DNA of 64,000 bases from IMG/VR virus record IMGVR_UViG_3300031994_000061, positions 21,868-85,867 of that record; one strand, 5' to 3'. The stretch comes from a virus (Duplodnaviria; Caudoviricetes). Below the pieces are notes generated by a model. That model ran no database searches and was not told where the DNA came from. It worked only from the letters and a program-made list of their open reading frames with translations. Below are positions 35,218 through 45,289 of the stretch, one piece after another (position 1 is the first letter of the stretch; the number at the start of each line of letters is the position of its first letter). Made by a program: the position numbers and the translations under genes.

Positions 35218-38200
35218 ATGGGAAAGACTATTAGATTTAACGAGAACAGTTTAATAGCATTGAAAAATGAATTAAACGAAATTATGGCTGGCAGTAACGA
35301 TATTGTCAGCCATAACGACGTTACTGTTAAGTTATATCATGGGACTGACATACTGGCTCTTGTTAACATATTAAAAACAAACAGGGTATGTGCAGGCGAG
35401 GGCAGACAGCATGGTGAAACTCATGGTATAAATTGGTTTTCGTTAGAAAATGATGGTAGCTTTAATAGAGGTGCTTGTTTCTCAATAGAAGTACCTAAAT
35501 CTGACTTGGGTAAAGAATTCCAAGTAATGAATAGTGTTCACGTAACATCAAGAAATTCATGCCTTGATATATCTGGGTATAGTCCTAAGGTGGAATATTT
35601 CTGTGGACATACTAGAGAAGGTCTTAATAACTGTTATAGAATACTCACTGAAAAGGGTGAGAGATACCCTATCGAATGGATGAGGGATGAGATTTTCTAT
35701 AACTGGTGTGAAAGGTCTGGTAACGAAGATACATATATGAGTGTTAGAGACCAGGATTTTGGGGTTATAATGGCTAACGTTCTTGGTGAGGATGCTGTTC
35801 GTAGGGAAGGCTTTATTAATGAAGCAGCACCAGAGGTTGACAAATTCTCAATTGGTGCTGAGAGCAGTGACCCTCCTGTTGGTGGAAACTATTATCACGA
35901 GGGTACTGTGGAAGAATCATACGGCAACAGGATTGCAAACATCGATATGTCTGAAGTAGGTGAAGTGAAGTGTGATGAATGGACATACGATGAAGAGGAA
36001 TACCAGGAATGGCTTGCTGACAATGAGATACCAGATACGCCAGAGAATAAGATGGCTTATATAGAAGATTTCAACGTAGAGTTTGAGATAACTTACCTTG
36101 ATAATCAGACCTACCATACTATGGGTGGAGATTGGGCTTACTATGATGACCTTGAAGAAGTATTCGGAGAGAAAATTGCAAAGAGGATTGAGGCTGATAT
36201 GCTTAAGTACGGACAGTCTAAGTTCGATACAACTGAATTGTATTCAGACTCGTCCTATGATATAAACAACCCACAGGAGCTTAACGATATTGCCATGAAA
36301 CTTCTACCTCATGGCGAGTATTTTAAGGACTGTAGAGGGTTCGTATTAAGTAATGGTGTCGTTCTGTATACTGAAGGTGAACACAACGATGTGCAGAGAA
36401 TACCTGGTATACATGATAAATTTCAGTTTGTTGAACTTGGTAATATAAGAGTGTTAGAGAGGTCAATAGATATTGGTGCAGAACCTACATGGGAACAGGA
36501 AAGGGTATTGAGACAAATAGTGTCATCTTATGAAGGTGAGAAGTTCTACGTTGACATATTCCATGATGGAGGAGAAATAAGTGCTTTCTATCCATCAGCA
36601 GATTATCGTTATGTACTTGGAGAAATAGATAGATTCTACTCTGAGGGTATAAAGCCACAGGGAGGTTTCGCATATGAGTCAAAAAAGTCTATGAAGACGA
36701 TTAATGAAATATCAAAGGCAAGTAACAAAGAGATATATTCTGAAGCATTCAAGAGTTGGTTCGGAGACTGGGAAAATGTAGATGCTGATGACTTTTGGTA
36801 CAATGAGGATGTTAGTAAAGTTGTTGACGAAAATAGGATGCCTGGAATTGTCAAACATGGAACACCAAACAAGTTTGATACATTTGACAGTAAGATGATA
36901 GGCACAAGTACTGACCCAGGATGGTTAGGAACTGGCTTTTATTTCTATGGTGATAATGATATATATGCTGGGCAGTATGCTGGAAGAAATGGTGTTGTGA
37001 TGGAGTGCTATTTAAATATAAGAAATCCATATATAGCAACGGGAGAAGACATGGATAAATTGTCTGAGGCTAATTCAAAGGAAGCATCAGATGAATTTAG
37101 GGAATATCTTGAATCAGAGGGATATGATGGAGTGTATTATAATGGAGACTTAAATGAGGAATGGGTTGCTTTCTATCCAGAACAAATTAAGAAAGTTGGT
37201 TCTTTTGTAGTTAATGAGAATCTTGAACCAGAAGTTTCCTCATCAGAGGTTGACCTGTCTTCATTCAAGAAACGTGACACCCTCCCTCCTAAGATATGGA
37301 AGGATGAGGAAACACTAAATTCTAGAGTTAGGTTAAAATTACTTGACATTGCTGATGATTTCTGGGAGTTTGTAAATCTCACCTGGGTTGAACCTAAGGG
37401 TATAATAATTACTGGCTCTATATGTAATTTCAATTGGTCTAAGTTCTCTGACATTGACCTTCATCTTATAGTAGATTTTAATGAAATTGACAGTAAGACT
37501 GAATTTGTTAGACAATATCTAGACTCGAAGAAGAATGAGTGGAACAATGAACATGAGGGGCTTAAGATAATGGGTTTCCCTGTTGAGTTGTATGTGCAGA
37601 ATATTGGAGAGAATCCAGAGGCTGGGGGAATATATGACCTTGAGGAAAATGTGTGGATTAGAAAGCCTAACCCACATAGTATAAAGAATATTGGCCTTAA
37701 TAAGTTCAATATAAAGGATAAGGCGGCTGAGATAATGACAATTATTGATGATATGTGTGATGCATTATCATCAACTAATGATGAATATGAAGTAAGTAAG
37801 ATTGGTGAGGATGCTCATTACCTATGGGATAAGGTAAAGGATTTAAGAAAGAAGAGCCTCACAAAGCGTGGAGAAAACGGTGCGGGAAATATAGTGTATA
37901 AGGTACTTAGAAGAACTGGTTACCTTGATAAACTATTTAAGTTATTCTCAGCGTCATATGATAAGTCAAACTCTATAACAGAATCTAAAGAACCACTAAA
38001 TGAGTTTCTTGATAATAACTATGGTATGCCATTGTACAAATATTTCCAATGGGCTGAGAAAGCTTCAGACAGAGATAAAGTAGAAGATTTAATTCGTCAT
38101 TGCCCATATATACTTGAGAAATTTTCTGAAGATGTGTCTGGATACTATGATGATATTGATGAACTTTGTGATGAACTTAGTAGTGATTATAATTTGGCAT

Positions 38201-39225
38201 ATGATGATGATTTTCTGAATAAACTTATAAATGCTTTAGAAAGGAATAAATTATTTAACAAATTGCTTGATAATGCACATAACTATGTTCATTATTCAGA
38301 CCTTCCATCATGGATGATAATGGATTTCATCAGATTGGTTAAAAATGAATGGTGTATACATTTCACAAGTAATGCATATAGTGTTGCACAGAAAGGTTTC
38401 ACTGGTGGGACACCAGATGTTGAAGATTTAGCATATACTAGTTTTGGTAAACAGAAGCTTTATCCTGGATATGATTTTGCCTTCCTAATTGGTGACAGAA
38501 GTGTGGATTTTAATGGTTATGGTAACGAAGCTGTAATATTTAGAGCAAGCGGTGTATTATTAAGGCATCATGGTGATGAACAAGACCAAGTTGTATTCTG
38601 GGGTCCAAGCATAAAAGAAATGATATCCATAGAGAAAGAACAATATTCTCATTATTGGAATATAATAGGGGCAAATGGAGAAGTTTTAAAAACTGGAAAA
38701 CCTAGTGAACTTGCATATTGGGCAACAGAGAATCTTCCACAATATAGAAATCAGATAGTGGCTGGAAAAAGTGGGTTTAAACCTTGGGGATTCAGCAGAC
38801 CGAAGTTTGATAATGAATTCATTAAACACCCATTTAAAAACGAATCCATTAAAAAATATTTAACACTCATCAAGGAGGAATTCGCAATGGATGGTTCATC
38901 TGAAGGTAATCCTTATGAGAAGAGGTGGAAAGCTGAAAGAGAAGCTTTGAAAAACTTTGTTGCCAACTATGGTAAACTGATGCAGTCGAAAGAAGACAAT
39001 AAGCAGGGTAGATTGTATAAGGTTTATTATGATGAAACAATGTCTAATCTTATAGGATACAATTATTGCATCTGTGTGCAGTGGGATGAATTAACAATGA
39101 AACCTAAGAGTACGGTCTATATTAGAGCACTTGATAAGTTTACTCCATTTATAAGGAGAAATTTGCAATATGATGATAGAGGCTTCGATAATCAAAGGGG
39201 TACTTATGACGATATAAGACCATAA
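35218..39225 (+). CDS. 1335-aa polyvalent protein: ART-like, ART-PolyVal, Pol-beta nucleotidyltransferase and further ART-like domains
   Basis: LYHGT; FKSWFGDW...KHGT...GTGFYF...YLNIRNP...GYDGV...VAFYPEQIK; ITGSICNFNWSKFSDIDLH...VELYVQ; CIHFT...GF..G. Confidence 0.8.
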   Translation: MGKTIRFNENSLIALKNELNEIMAGSNDIVSHNDVTVKLYHGTDILALVNILKTNRVCAGEGRQHGETHGINWFSLENDGSFNRGACFSIEVPKSDLGKEFQVMNSVHVTSRNSCLDISGYSPKVEYFCGHTREGLNNCYRILTEKGERYPIEWMRDEIFYNWCERSGNEDTYMSVRDQDFGVIMANVLGEDAVRREGFINEAAPEVDKFSIGAESSDPPVGGNYYHEGTVEESYGNRIANIDMSEVGEVKCDEWTYDEEEYQEWLADNEIPDTPENKMAYIEDFNVEFEITYLDNQTYHTMGGDWAYYDDLEEVFGEKIAKRIEADMLKYGQSKFDTTELYSDSSYDINNPQELNDIAMKLLPHGEYFKDCRGFVLSNGVVLYTEGEHNDVQRIPGIHDKFQFVELGNIRVLERSIDIGAEPTWEQERVLRQIVSSYEGEKFYVDIFHDGGEISAFYPSADYRYVLGEIDRFYSEGIKPQGGFAYESKKSMKTINEISKASNKEIYSEAFKSWFGDWENVDADDFWYNEDVSKVVDENRMPGIVKHGTPNKFDTFDSKMIGTSTDPGWLGTGFYFYGDNDIYAGQYAGRNGVVMECYLNIRNPYIATGEDMDKLSEANSKEASDEFREYLESEGYDGVYYNGDLNEEWVAFYPEQIKKVGSFVVNENLEPEVSSSEVDLSSFKKRDTLPPKIWKDEETLNSRVRLKLLDIADDFWEFVNLTWVEPKGIIITGSICNFNWSKFSDIDLHLIVDFNEIDSKTEFVRQYLDSKKNEWNNEHEGLKIMGFPVELYVQNIGENPEAGGIYDLEENVWIRKPNPHSIKNIGLNKFNIKDKAAEIMTIIDDMCDALSSTNDEYEVSKIGEDAHYLWDKVKDLRKKSLTKRGENGAGNIVYKVLRRTGYLDKLFKLFSASYDKSNSITESKEPLNEFLDNNYGMPLYKYFQWAEKASDRDKVEDLIRHCPYILEKFSEDVSGYYDDIDELCDELSSDYNLAYDDDFLNKLINALERNKLFNKLLDNAHNYVHYSDLPSWMIMDFIRLVKNEWCIHFTSNAYSVAQKGFTGGTPDVEDLAYTSFGKQKLYPGYDFAFLIGDRSVDFNGYGNEAVIFRASGVLLRHHGDEQDQVVFWGPSIKEMISIEKEQYSHYWNIIGANGEVLKTGKPSELAYWATENLPQYRNQIVAGKSGFKPWGFSRPKFDNEFIKHPFKNESIKKYLTLIKEEFAMDGSSEGNPYEKRWKAEREALKNFVANYGKLMQSKEDNKQGRLYKVYYDETMSNLIGYNYCICVQWDELTMKPKSTVYIRALDKFTPFIRRNLQYDDRGFDNQRGTYDDIRP

Positions 39226-39292
39226 ATTACTGATTTTTTACTAATACGAAATATTTATATTTAAAATAAGTTGAAAAATTAATATATTAATT

Positions 39293-41050
39293 ATGAATAA
39301 AGTAAACACTAACGACACTCTTAACAGAATGAAGTCATTAATGAATTACGGACTTCAGACTGAGAGTAAAAAAGCACCATACAGTGCGGTTGAGTACCAG
39401 AGGGTTGGTGCTGATGGAAAGGTTTATGGTATTGTACGTGAGGGTACTAAGTATTACATAAAGTCTGCTCCTAACAAGCAAAACCTTATCAAAGAAGACT
39501 TTAGCTACATTGGTGGTTTTAGAAACAGAAAGGACAATGAGTACACCAGCTATGCTAATGCTCAGAAAAACTTTGACATGAAGATGATGTCTCTTAAGGA
39601 GGCTTACAACAATCCTACCTTCAATGTTGAGTCTTGGGACTTGAACAAAAAGGAAATGGTTGTTACTGAGGCTTCTGATAAGATGAAGGGTGAGATTCTT
39701 CGTGAGCGTCAGATTATGAAGAATGCCATGAATATCATGGAGAAGAAAGGCGCAATCTGCTGCGACGGACAGGAAGGTTTTAAGGATAATATCAAGAAAG
39801 AAACCCCAAAGACTGGAGATGCAAAGGATGCACCAGACGGATTCACTGAAGAACCAGCAGAGGAGTTCAAGGCTAAGGAGAATATCAAGGAAGAAGAGGT
39901 TCTTGGTTGGAACAGAAAGAGTCCAGACTATATGGACAAGTCTCATGGAACTGAAATCGGTGATAGCGCACCATTCGATGATGCTGAGGCACGTAACATC
40001 GATGACCAGGATAAGAAGGTAACTAAGACTGGCGAAATGAAGAACGGTGTTGTTGAGAATCATGGTACTTCAATGCACGATACAGATGACCAGAACAAGC
40101 CAGCTGTAGGTGTTGGTGAAGGTCCTTCAGATGATAACAACAAGCCTTTCGATGATGAGAAGGGTAAACAGATTGACGAGGCTATTGACGGTATCGAAGG
40201 AGACGTTGATGATGTTGAAGGCGAGGGAGAACCTGTAGGTGATGAGCCAATGGGTGATGACCTTGGTGGGGACGAGCCAATTGGTGATGACCTTGGTGCA
40301 GAAGGTGACGAGCTTGGTGACGATATGGGTGATGACCTTGGAGACGAGGGTGACGAATTTGGTGATGACGAATTCGGTGGTGAGGATGACCTTGAACAGC
40401 GTATCAGTGCAATGGAGGACATTCTTTCACAGATTGCTTCAAAGCTTGGAATCGAGACTCCAGCAGTGGACGCTGATGCATATGGTGATGATGAACTTTT
40501 CGATGGAGAGGGTGATGACCTTGGTGGTGATGAACTTGGTGCAGAAGGTGACGAATTTGGTGATGATAAATTCGGTGGTGATGACCTTGGCGGTGAGGGA
40601 GAAGTAGAACCAGAAGATGACATCGAGGACGGACTTGACAGAGAGTGCGGAATGAATCCTGGTGCAGGTATGACTTACGAGTCAAGAAACAACGAGGGAA
40701 TCCAGATTTTCGAGACAGCAGCTTATAGGAGAGCTATGGGCAAGCAGAGAATGAATGAAGAGGGTATGACCCCTTTTAAGGACGCTGGTCGTGTTCCACA
40801 GGGAAACATGAACAAGCTTGATGACTTCGGAAAGCACCCAGCATATCAGAAGGTTGTTATGGACCTTCCTCCAAAGGATATGAAGGAGTTCCCAGGCAAC
40901 TACGATATGAATGATGATTCTGTTAAGAATGATACACCTTATGGTGAGAAGATTGGTGATGGCGCACCATTTGAGATTGACCCAGAGGCAATCGACAATG
41001 CAATCGCTGAAGCTTTCGACCGTTTAAAAAAAAAATCTAACGGAAAGTAA
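39293..41050 (+). CDS. acidic prohead core/scaffold-like protein
   Basis: TATTTATA at 39252; Asp/Glu/Gly-rich repeats; many I/L-x-E sites. Confidence 0.7.
   Translation: MNKVNTNDTLNRMKSLMNYGLQTESKKAPYSAVEYQRVGADGKVYGIVREGTKYYIKSAPNKQNLIKEDFSYIGGFRNRKDNEYTSYANAQKNFDMKMMSLKEAYNNPTFNVESWDLNKKEMVVTEASDKMKGEILRERQIMKNAMNIMEKKGAICCDGQEGFKDNIKKETPKTGDAKDAPDGFTEEPAEEFKAKENIKEEEVLGWNRKSPDYMDKSHGTEIGDSAPFDDAEARNIDDQDKKVTKTGEMKNGVVENHGTSMHDTDDQNKPAVGVGEGPSDDNNKPFDDEKGKQIDEAIDGIEGDVDDVEGEGEPVGDEPMGDDLGGDEPIGDDLGAEGDELGDDMGDDLGDEGDEFGDDEFGGEDDLEQRISAMEDILSQIASKLGIETPAVDADAYGDDELFDGEGDDLGGDELGAEGDEFGDDKFGGDDLGGEGEVEPEDDIEDGLDRECGMNPGAGMTYESRNNEGIQIFETAAYRRAMGKQRMNEEGMTPFKDAGRVPQGNMNKLDDFGKHPAYQKVVMDLPPKDMKEFPGNYDMNDDSVKNDTPYGEKIGDGAPFEIDPEAIDNAIAEAFDRLKKKSNGK
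40240..40600 (+). repeat. degenerate tandem GGTGATGA(C/A)CTTGGT repeats (GDDLG/GDELG/GDEFG)
   Basis: about a dozen imperfect 15-nt units in frame. Confidence 0.8.
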
Positions 41051-41099
41051 TAGACCAACAAAATTAAGAATACCTAACAGTGCACCACTTGGAGGTGAC

Positions 41100-41525
41100 A
41101 TGGATGGCATGGGTGGTTTAGATAATGCTCCAATGCCTCCAGTGGACGCTGACCCAGGTATGCCTATGGATGGAGAAACACCTCCACCCCCACCTCCAGC
41201 TCCAGAAACAGACCCAATTGCAGGAGGACCTGATGATGACCCGCTTGCAGGAGACCCAAACGCATTGAGTGCAGGAGACCCAAATGCAGCAGGTGGAGAT
41301 ATTTCACAGAAGTATCAACAATTGTCACCAGACCAGCAGAAAGCAGCTGACAAGTATGTTGACAGTATGCTTAACACTGAGTCAATTGATAGGATAAGGA
41401 GAGCCATAGACGAGACTTTTTCAACCATACTGGATGATACCCAGGAAGGTACTGAAAGACCTCAGAAAGAGCTTGGGAGTGATGTTAAAGGTAATTTAAA
41501 TAATCCATATACACCTGGAATATAA
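41100..41525 (+). CDS. Pro/acidic protein, probably the frameshift extension of 39293-41050
   Basis: frame is open back to 41028, inside the A10 run. Confidence 0.65.
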   Translation: MDGMGGLDNAPMPPVDADPGMPMDGETPPPPPPAPETDPIAGGPDDDPLAGDPNALSAGDPNAAGGDISQKYQQLSPDQQKAADKYVDSMLNTESIDRIRRAIDETFSTILDDTQEGTERPQKELGSDVKGNLNNPYTPGI

Positions 41526-41529
41526 AATA

Positions 41530-41562
41530 AAAAGGGGATACTGCTTGCAGTGTCCCTTTTTC
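41530..41562 (+). terminator. intrinsic terminator
   Basis: AAAGGGGATACTGC-tt-GCAGTGTCCCTTTTT. Confidence 0.75.
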
Positions 41563-41595
41563 ATTGTCTTATATATTTATATTAAAATTAATCTT

Positions 41596-42084
41596 ATGAA
41601 AGTATACGTTAAAAAAGATAAGATGTTGAAGCTTCTTGGCGAAGGTAAGGTATTTTCCAAGAAGGATTTGGTATTAAAGGAATCTGGGGTCAGTGGTTTT
41701 GAGAGGAGTGCTGCAAATGTAAGTGCTGCTGCACGTGATGCTGCAACAAAACTGGCTGCAAACGGAAACCTAACTGATGTTACTGGTAGTGCAGATGATA
41801 TTACATTAGGAAATGGTAATTCAGCAAATGGTGTGTCACAAGACCCTGTTATAACAACAGACGTTAAGAGTCCACAGTCAATACAGCAAACGCAGAACAT
41901 ACTGAACAGAATGAATCCTACAGAAAAGTCTAACCTTGATGTTAAGTTCGTTGACGGAACAAAACAGAGAAACGGTGCAATGGAGAACTCATCGGTTGCT
42001 TCAAAGAAAACTATGGATGAAATGAGGGAGAACTCAATACCATTTACAAAGTCAGAGCTTACAGAATTTTTGAAAAGTATTTAA
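41596..42084 (+). CDS. hypothetical late protein
   Basis: start reassigned to MKVYVKK after TATTTATA at 41574. Confidence 0.75.
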   Translation: MKVYVKKDKMLKLLGEGKVFSKKDLVLKESGVSGFERSAANVSAAARDAATKLAANGNLTDVTGSADDITLGNGNSANGVSQDPVITTDVKSPQSIQQTQNILNRMNPTEKSNLDVKFVDGTKQRNGAMENSSVASKKTMDEMRENSIPFTKSELTEFLKSI

Positions 42085-43298
42085 TGAAGAAGATATACAT
42101 AAGAGAGGGACAATTGAGTAAACAACTTCTTTTACCAGATTTCTTGTTTAAGGCGGTAAAAGACCATCAGACTTCACTTGGGGACAATCCAGCGTTTCCA
42201 GGTGAGGATGATTATCCTTTTGATTATGTCATATTGAAAGAGAGATACAACGATGTATGCCTCGCAATGAAGGATGTTGGTATAGAGATTACTGACACTG
42301 ACAGTCTTACTTCTTTACTAAGTTCACTTGTCACAAGGTGCAAGGAACTGGAGAAACCTGTTAGGGATTCACTAGAGAAGATATGCGAGAATGCAGTAAA
42401 TAAGATGTTTGCCATTCCAGAGGGTGCTATTAACCTAAAGTGTAAACTTGTGGATAAGGTTAAGTTCAAGACATCCATAGGGGTTACACCAGAGGATTCC
42501 AATGAGACGAAGTATCAGTTTAAGGATATTGATGAAAAGGAACTCTCCAAGAAGGCTATAGCTAAGAGAAGATTTATTAACTCACTTATCATGGGTGCTT
42601 CAAAGGGTTATTCTTCAAGCAAACTATTCTACGAATCTGACATTGCGAAGATTAACCAGGAACTTCCACAATTATATGACCAAATTATGACAATCAATGA
42701 ATACCTCTTGTTTACAACTCAAGAAGTATTGGAAGACGAAAACCCTAAGCAGGGGTCATATGTAGAGGTACACCTTGGTACTAATGGAGGTAAATCAAAC
42801 ATAGAAGCGCAGGGTGTCATATTCCCATTGTTACTACATGATACTGTAAAGGGATTATTTGAACTTTTCTCTGTATATGGACTCCCAAAAGATAAACAGA
42901 AAGCTCAATACGTAATAAGAAAGTCTGACTTCATACTTGCAGAACCTTGGGATATGAGGCTTGGCGTGAAAATGTGGGATATGATATTTGGAGGTATTGG
43001 TGATAGTAACATTGTACCTTACGTATTCATGGAATTAATATCACTACCTGGTGATGAGTTTAATATAGCCATGAGGGAGATACTTTCTGGAACACAGAAG
43101 GGAGAACAGATTATGAAAGATATGCTTGAGAAAGCAACATATAATTCTGGATACCAAGAGTTTAAGAACAGGATTAATGTAAGAAATGTAGATAAATCAG
43201 TAATTGCAGATAGTTACTTTACAGCAGCGGAGCTTGATGGTTTCGAGCTTGACGGTGATGAAAATGATGATGATGTAATTACAGAAGAACCAGAGTAG
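42084..43298 (+). CDS. conserved hypothetical head-module protein
   Basis: 404-aa ORF coupled to the upstream gene; MKKIYIREGQL leader-like start. Confidence 0.75.
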   Translation: MKKIYIREGQLSKQLLLPDFLFKAVKDHQTSLGDNPAFPGEDDYPFDYVILKERYNDVCLAMKDVGIEITDTDSLTSLLSSLVTRCKELEKPVRDSLEKICENAVNKMFAIPEGAINLKCKLVDKVKFKTSIGVTPEDSNETKYQFKDIDEKELSKKAIAKRRFINSLIMGASKGYSSSKLFYESDIAKINQELPQLYDQIMTINEYLLFTTQEVLEDENPKQGSYVEVHLGTNGGKSNIEAQGVIFPLLLHDTVKGLFELFSVYGLPKDKQKAQYVIRKSDFILAEPWDMRLGVKMWDMIFGGIGDSNIVPYVFMELISLPGDEFNIAMREILSGTQKGEQIMKDMLEKATYNSGYQEFKNRINVRNVDKSVIADSYFTAAELDGFELDGDENDDDVITEEPE

Positions 43299-43320
43299 CC
43301 AAATTGGTTACTCTTTTTTT
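43293..43320 (+). terminator. intrinsic terminator
   Basis: AGAGTAGCCAA-a-TTGGTTACTCTTTTTT. Confidence 0.7.
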
Positions 43321-43397
43321 GTCCTAATATTTATATATGAAATTTGATATTTTTTAATGTTAATGCTATATTTATTAAAATTTAAAAAGTTACAATT

Positions 43398-45278
43398 ATG
43401 ATATACGACAGACAGGAAATGGCCATAGATTATGCAACTTGTTACGCTGACAAGTCCAGAATCACATTCATAGAGAAATATTTTAGTACATTCAATGCTA
43501 TAAAGGGTAAGAAAACACAGTTTCACTGTTTTCCAAGACAGAGAGCGTTCTTGAAAGCCCTTTCGGAGAATAGAAATGTAGTAGCTGTTAAGCCAAGACA
43601 GTGTGGTATCACAACCCTATCAAGTGCTTGGGCAGCAGCCCAGTGTGCATTTGCCCCAAAGGATGCGCCAGAAACAATCCTGTGTATCGCAAACAAACTT
43701 GAGCAGGCACAGGAAATTATTATCAAGGTTAGGGATTTTCTTGAACAAGTACCAAGGTGGTATTGGGGTGACGAATATTTTTCTCCAGACCCTAATTCCG
43801 ATAAAAACATCACATCAATTTTCTTGAAAGATGCAAAGGGTGAGTTGAAACTGTTTAACGGTTGCAGGGTTATAGCACGTGCATCAGGTCCTAATGCATC
43901 TCGTGGTATCTCGGCTGTATCTGTATTGATTCTTGACGAGGCTGCATTCATTGAAGAAGGTGTGGCTGCATTTACCACAGCTGCTGCTACAATGGCTTCT
44001 AACCCTAATTCTAAGACCGTCATGGTGTCAACGCCTAACGGTAAGGATGAGTTGTACTACAACACCTATAGACAGGCTCTGAGCCACGAAAACAACTTTG
44101 TGGCTGTACAGTTCCGTTGGTATCAAGACCCACGTTTCAACAAGTATCTCGTATGGAAGAAGAAAAACGAGGAGACTGGAGAATGGATGTTTGACCAAGA
44201 CCCTATTGTTGACCATGAGGGAAGTGTAAAGTACGACGAGGAAAGATGGGCTAGGCTTGAACATGATGGTTGGAAACCAGATGCACCTTGGTACGACGAA
44301 ATGTGCAAACAGTTCAACAATGATTCAATGAAGATTGCACAGGAGCTTGATGTATCATTCATGGGTTCTAACGATAACGTTATTGCACCAGAGTTTATTG
44401 AAATGCAGGAAAAGCTTAACGTTAGAGAACCACTTGAAGATTTCAAAGACCCACTCGTAGAAGAAACTTGGTTCTGGAAGCTTCCTATTGAAGGACACAG
44501 GTACATATGCGCTGTTGACCCTTCGAGGGGTACAGCAGCCGATAGAACAGCCATAGAGGTCATTGATATGGATGGTAGAGATGAGAATGGAATACCAATC
44601 ATAGAACAGGTCGCTGAATATGTAGGAAAGAAACTTGGTGATGACATTGGTGCAATAGCATACCAGTATGCTACCATGTATAATGATGCATTCGTTGTTG
44701 TAGATGCCACTGGTGGACAGGGTGATGCTGCAATAATAACCATGCTTCAGATGGGTTATAAGAACATGTACTATGAGGATATGAACCAGAAGACATATAT
44801 GTTGCAAAGGGCAACAAAGATATATGATAGTTATACAGATAAACTTCCTGGTTTCCATTTCCAGGGTAACAGATACCCTGTATTAGCTAACTTTGCTGGA
44901 CTGGTTAGAAACAATGAGTTTAAGATAAGGTCAGCAAGGGTTATCAATGAGCTTGATACATGGATATTCAAGGGAGATAATGCTAGAATGGACCACATGG
45001 ACGGTGCTCACGATGACACCATAACATCACTTGCTATGGGACTTTTCGTTATGCAATACTCATTCAACAGGTTGCAGAGCACTATAAAGAAGGATAAAGC
45101 AATACTTAACGCATATATGATGACAAACTCATTTAAGGTTAAAAAACCTCAGATGGGAAATGGAAGGGATATGTCACCTGGTATTGGTTTACCATTTTAT
45201 AAACAGGATAAGATGAAGAACTCATATAGCAGTACACAATATGGAAACTGTATGTGGTTATTTGGTGGCGTAAAGTAA
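43398..45278 (+). CDS. terL: terminase large subunit (T4 gp17-like)
   Basis: KPRQCGITT, LILDEAAFI, MVSTPNG, AQELDVSF, AVDPSRG, HDDTI. Confidence 0.92.
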   Translation: MIYDRQEMAIDYATCYADKSRITFIEKYFSTFNAIKGKKTQFHCFPRQRAFLKALSENRNVVAVKPRQCGITTLSSAWAAAQCAFAPKDAPETILCIANKLEQAQEIIIKVRDFLEQVPRWYWGDEYFSPDPNSDKNITSIFLKDAKGELKLFNGCRVIARASGPNASRGISAVSVLILDEAAFIEEGVAAFTTAAATMASNPNSKTVMVSTPNGKDELYYNTYRQALSHENNFVAVQFRWYQDPRFNKYLVWKKKNEETGEWMFDQDPIVDHEGSVKYDEERWARLEHDGWKPDAPWYDEMCKQFNNDSMKIAQELDVSFMGSNDNVIAPEFIEMQEKLNVREPLEDFKDPLVEETWFWKLPIEGHRYICAVDPSRGTAADRTAIEVIDMDGRDENGIPIIEQVAEYVGKKLGDDIGAIAYQYATMYNDAFVVVDATGGQGDAAIITMLQMGYKNMYYEDMNQKTYMLQRATKIYDSYTDKLPGFHFQGNRYPVLANFAGLVRNNEFKIRSARVINELDTWIFKGDNARMDHMDGAHDDTITSLAMGLFVMQYSFNRLQSTIKKDKAILNAYMMTNSFKVKKPQMGNGRDMSPGIGLPFYKQDKMKNSYSSTQYGNCMWLFGGVK

Positions 45279-45289
45279 TATTTATAGTT

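Noticed and set aside
40240-40600. Short tandem repeats as a CRISPR array or DGR repeat
   Set aside because: In-frame degenerate coding repeats (GDDLG) without unique spacers; no cas or RT gene in the window.
43398-45278. Inactive terminase (RQCGITT instead of GKT), or intein/intron in terL, thyA or the helicases
   Set aside because: From recall, RQxGI(S/T)T is a common variant in T4-like jumbo terminases; no intein motifs, frame breaks or embedded homing nuclease were seen.
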